Of a stretch of 64,000 nt of DNA, positions 61,067 through 64,000 are shown piece after piece (positions within the stretch are counted from its first letter, which is position 1; every line of letters begins with the position of its first letter). The notes under the pieces are model-generated. The model did not search any database. It saw nothing but the letters and a program-made list of their open reading frames with translations, and had not been told where the DNA came from. The position numbers were made by a program, and so were the translations under genes. Source of the DNA: an uncultured Methanosarcinales archaeon (GTDB taxonomy: Archaea > Nanobdellota > Nanobdellia > Woesearchaeales > CAYVYK01); the NCBI GenBank assembly GCA_964455675.1, contig CAYVYK010000010.1:1-64000 (forward strand), written 5' to 3'.

Positions 61067-61131
61067 CGAACAGGTCGTGCCGTCAGGCCGCAGTAATTAT
61101 TTTTTAGCGTTATGCAGTGTACCGCTCGTCG
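61067..61131 (+). repeat. Partial copy G of structured element (right arm + tail)
   Basis: CGAACAGGTCGTGCCGTCAGGCCGCAGTAAT...TGTACCGCTCGTCG. Confidence 0.8.
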
Positions 61132-61169
61132 AGAATTAAAAAATCATGGAAAAGTAGAATGAATCGAGT

Positions 61170-61793
61170 TTATACCCACTGGCCAAGCCCCTGTTTTTTT
61201 CCTGGCGGCAGGATGTCTTTCATTTTTTGAAAGTCAGCAGCGAGTACTGCGCGGAGTGGTGGGTTGTACAGCATTGCCGCAGGATGATAAAGTGGAACGA
61301 CCTTAAAGCTCATTCCATCGACGGTAATATCGACCGCAATGCCGTGCAGATGGCTGATCCCGCCGATGCGTTTCATGCCGGCAACGTCAAATTTCGCAAG
61401 GACGAATTTGGTTGAGAAATTGCCAAGGGTTGCGATGATTGTTGGCTTGATCGTTTTGATTTGCTCGATGAGGTAGGGTGTGTGCCGCGCGATCTCGTCG
61501 GGCTGTGGATCGCGGTTGTTTGGTGGTCGGTACTTGAGGATGTTTGCGATGTACACGTCTTCGATCGATAGTCCGATCGAGTGCAGAAGTTTGTCAAGTT
61601 CTTTTCCTGCTGATCCGACGAAGGGAATGCCTTGGAGGTCTTCCTGCTCGCCTGGTGCTTCCCCGATGAACATGATTGCGGCGTTCGGGTTGCCTTTTCC
61701 AAAAACGAGGTGTGTTGCCCGATCCTTAAGTGGGCACACAAGTTCGTTGAGAATCCGCTGTCGTATGGTGTCGAGTTCTTCAATGCGTCCCAT
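61170..61793 (-). CDS. udg: Family 4 uracil-DNA glycosylase
   Basis: GEAPG..ED..G.PFVG, RPPNNRDP, YHPAA. Confidence 0.93.
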   Translation of the reverse strand: MGRIEELDTIRQRILNELVCPLKDRATHLVFGKGNPNAAIMFIGEAPGEQEDLQGIPFVGSAGKELDKLLHSIGLSIEDVYIANILKYRPPNNRDPQPDEIARHTPYLIEQIKTIKPTIIATLGNFSTKFVLAKFDVAGMKRIGGISHLHGIAVDITVDGMSFKVVPLYHPAAMLYNPPLRAVLAADFQKMKDILPPGKKQGLGQWV

Positions 61794-61825
61794 AAGAAAA
61801 GGTTGTGTGGCATTATTTATATGTG

Positions 61826-63028
61826 TTATTCTGTTTTTTTCCACGGCCGCCATCCGCCATGCGTTCTTTTTTTCGGTTCGTCTCCTGGCTTGATCCCATA
61901 CGTGGCGAGTGCTTCTTCGAGAGTATCGGCATACCGGATCTCGCGTACTTCTGGGACTTTCTGCAGACGGTCGAGCTGTTCATGGGCTTCCTGGTAGCAG
62001 GCCGCGGATGGTGGCAGAATGTATGTTACTTTTGCGTTTTTGACGCCAAAATCTAGCGTTGAGAGGAGGAGTGAATTCCCGACGTATGTTGCGTGTGAGA
62101 GGTCCACAACGAGCGTTTGTGGGGAAAGGTGCATGAGGTATCCCATGATTCGGTCCCGCACTTCATAGTCTCCCACGTTGCCGTGGAGTTCCATGATGAG
62201 AATGCTGCTCTGAAAGACTTTTTGAACCATCGCGACAAGTTCGCTACTTGCTTTGTTCGTCCCGAGCGCAAGGAATGGGAGAATATCGAGGGTAAACCCT
62301 TGGGGATTCAATGGATCCATGCGCCAGTCGCTAATCTCGACGATGTCCTGTTTTTGTTGGTGTACTGCTCTTACTCGGATTGCCGCTGGAACGATGAACG
62401 CGTACCCATGCTCTCCAATGCTTCGAACGCTAAAATCTAGTGGCCGATAGCTAACATCACCCTTTGACTCAAGATATGCTTCAAGCGGTGGATCGCGCTC
62501 TTTCGTTCTGATGGTTTTGACATAATACGGGACGAGGTTTTCTGTCCCGATGAGTGGGAGCGTGACCCCCTTTTCCCCGTTCTCGTGGAATAGGACTTCA
62601 TAAAGGTACAGCTGGTCAAACGATTCCTCTGTCAGTCCAATCATTCTGCGTGCTTCTGCCGTCGTCCCGATGATTGCTCCATCCGCGAGCGTGACAAGCC
62701 CAAAGTAGTGCGCATGCAGTTCTGATGAGAGTAGGGGAAGCGCGTGCCTGAGCACGCGGTATTCTTGGACTGCTTGAGTGTGCTGTTTCGTAAGTTCATG
62801 AAGCTGCCGCTGTGTTTCTGTAAGGTCCTTTTCCTTCTGCTTTGCGGCTTCCTCCGCGCTGGCAAGGCGTTCTTCGAGCCCTGCGATCAATTCGTTCAGT
62901 TCTGCAACGCGCCCCTTGCTGCTCGTTGCCTGGCCTCGCAGCTCCGTCAGAAGGGCTTGGCTGTCAGCAAGCTGTCGTTCAAGCTGTTCAAACGTTGCCT
63001 GCGTGGTAGCTTTCTTGCGTCCGAACAT
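61826..63028 (-). CDS. Coiled-coil + PAS-like + STAS-like protein
   Basis: Heptad N-terminus; 'GAIIGTTAEARRMIG'; 'LVVDLSHATYVGNS'. Confidence 0.65.
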   Translation of the reverse strand: MFGRKKATTQATFEQLERQLADSQALLTELRGQATSSKGRVAELNELIAGLEERLASAEEAAKQKEKDLTETQRQLHELTKQHTQAVQEYRVLRHALPLLSSELHAHYFGLVTLADGAIIGTTAEARRMIGLTEESFDQLYLYEVLFHENGEKGVTLPLIGTENLVPYYVKTIRTKERDPPLEAYLESKGDVSYRPLDFSVRSIGEHGYAFIVPAAIRVRAVHQQKQDIVEISDWRMDPLNPQGFTLDILPFLALGTNKASSELVAMVQKVFQSSILIMELHGNVGDYEVRDRIMGYLMHLSPQTLVVDLSHATYVGNSLLLSTLDFGVKNAKVTYILPPSAACYQEAHEQLDRLQKVPEVREIRYADTLEEALATYGIKPGDEPKKRTHGGWRPWKKTE

Positions 63029-63080
63029 CAGTCAGAGTGTTCAATCTGACATTAAAAAGCTTTTCAATAGAAGTGAAAAG

Positions 63081-63809
63081 TTATGGTATCAATGCGTGTC
63101 TGCACTGGTGGATGATGGGGTCGCAGATATCCTGGGTGTTTTCATTCCCATCGTCGCACTCATCTGCTGTGGTGCATGGATAGTACGGTACGAACTCACA
63201 CCGGCTCATCGCGCACACATCAAGGGTGTATCTGTCGCTGTCCACGCAGTCTGACGCATGCTGGCAGGGTATGCACCCGCTGATGATTATGGCCTCGCAG
63301 ACGACATCTCCTTGGTAGTTGACGACTCCAACCATGCGATGGCAGCTTGTTGGGGGCTCGAGGGCCTCGCAGTCACACTTCTCGAGGCATTGCAAAAGGG
63401 CTTCACCACTAAGCATCTCACATGCTGCTCGGCAAGTGTCAAGGATACAGTCATTATTCCAGTCAAGATCATCATCGTCATCATCATCGTCATCATCAGG
63501 AACCTCTGTCTGGGTCTGAGTCTGGGTCTGAGTCTGGGTCATAGTCGCAATTCTGTCCGAGTCATGCGATCTCGCTGCCTGCTGGTTGAGATCACTAAGC
63601 GCGATCGTGCGCAAATCCGCATATGATGATCTGATCATCGGATTTACGCCCGCTGCTTCGAGGGAGAATCGCTCGCTCACAACATTTCCTGTGTAACTTG
63701 GCGCAAGGAGTACAAGGTTAATGAGCGCAAACGCCCCGATCATTACTGCAATGACGATAGGCATGATGTGCGATTGTGGAGGTGGTGGTGCTTTATTCAT
63801 GGTGATCAC
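63081..63809 (-). CDS. Membrane-anchored Cys-rich surface protein with TQ and poly-D tracts
   Basis: TM + TGNVV; CVDSDRYTLDVC and CDDGNENTQDIC repeats. Confidence 0.75.
   Translation of the reverse strand: MITMNKAPPPPQSHIMPIVIAVMIGAFALINLVLLAPSYTGNVVSERFSLEAAGVNPMIRSSYADLRTIALSDLNQQAARSHDSDRIATMTQTQTQTQTQTEVPDDDDDDDDDDLDWNNDCILDTCRAACEMLSGEALLQCLEKCDCEALEPPTSCHRMVGVVNYQGDVVCEAIIISGCIPCQHASDCVDSDRYTLDVCAMSRCEFVPYYPCTTADECDDGNENTQDICDPIIHQCRHALIP
63468..63540. repeat. Coding microsatellites (poly-Asp and (TQ)n)
   Basis: (TCA/TCG)n run and TGGGTCTGAGTC units. Confidence 0.85.
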
Positions 63810-64000
63810 GTGATTCCGTTCCAGTCAAATCCGATATCCATAGAGACATCAGATAATGTGGCTGTCTGGGTCGCAGTGGTTGTTGGAATTTTTGTTGAGA
63901 TAACTCCTTTCTTGACAACAGCGTTATGTACCACTACTCCGTCATCCACGAGGTAATTATGGTACTTTGCGATTTCAAGGTTGTACACTCGTACTGGTGC
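63806..64000 (-). CDS. 3' end of a Hint/intein-like domain protein (partial)
   Basis: APVRVYNLEIAKYHNYLVDDGVVVHN|AVVKK: intein blocks F and G. Confidence 0.85.
   Translation of the reverse strand, partial: APVRVYNLEIAKYHNYLVDDGVVVHNAVVKKGVISTKIPTTTATQTATLSDVSMDIGFDWNGIT

Noticed and set aside
60700..61140. CRISPR array
   Set aside because: Copies are degenerate, irregularly spaced and dispersed; no cas genes in the window.

Overview
Gene-dense archaeal chromosome segment. rpS6e, TFS, archaeal MBF1, NucS, a PUA protein, DUF371, Dph6 and an intron-containing tRNA mark it as archaeal. Bacterial-type GAPDH, LemA/HtpX and large class III signal-peptide surface proteins suggest DPANN, probably Woesearchaeota-like (inference). 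There are two 100-N gaps (1418-1517, 31750-31849). Main observations: (1) a dispersed, degenerate, structured intergenic element with 8 full or partial copies, all in the same orientation, built on an invariant-length 37-nt hairpin with compensatory base changes, a variable loop and a second small hairpin; (2) a phosphonate cluster (cytidylyltransferase-PepM, Ppd, Fe-ADH) with three CDP-alcohol phosphotransferases, next to heptose-pathway genes and tRNA-Leu; (3) an AsnB-Dph6 fusion; (4) an MMPL/COG1361/membrane protein/MinD-wHTH/ECF-S operon; (5) an operon of microproteins mostly missed by the ORF track; (6) a Hint-domain C-terminus at the right edge. All assignments come from motif recognition by eye; no searches were run.
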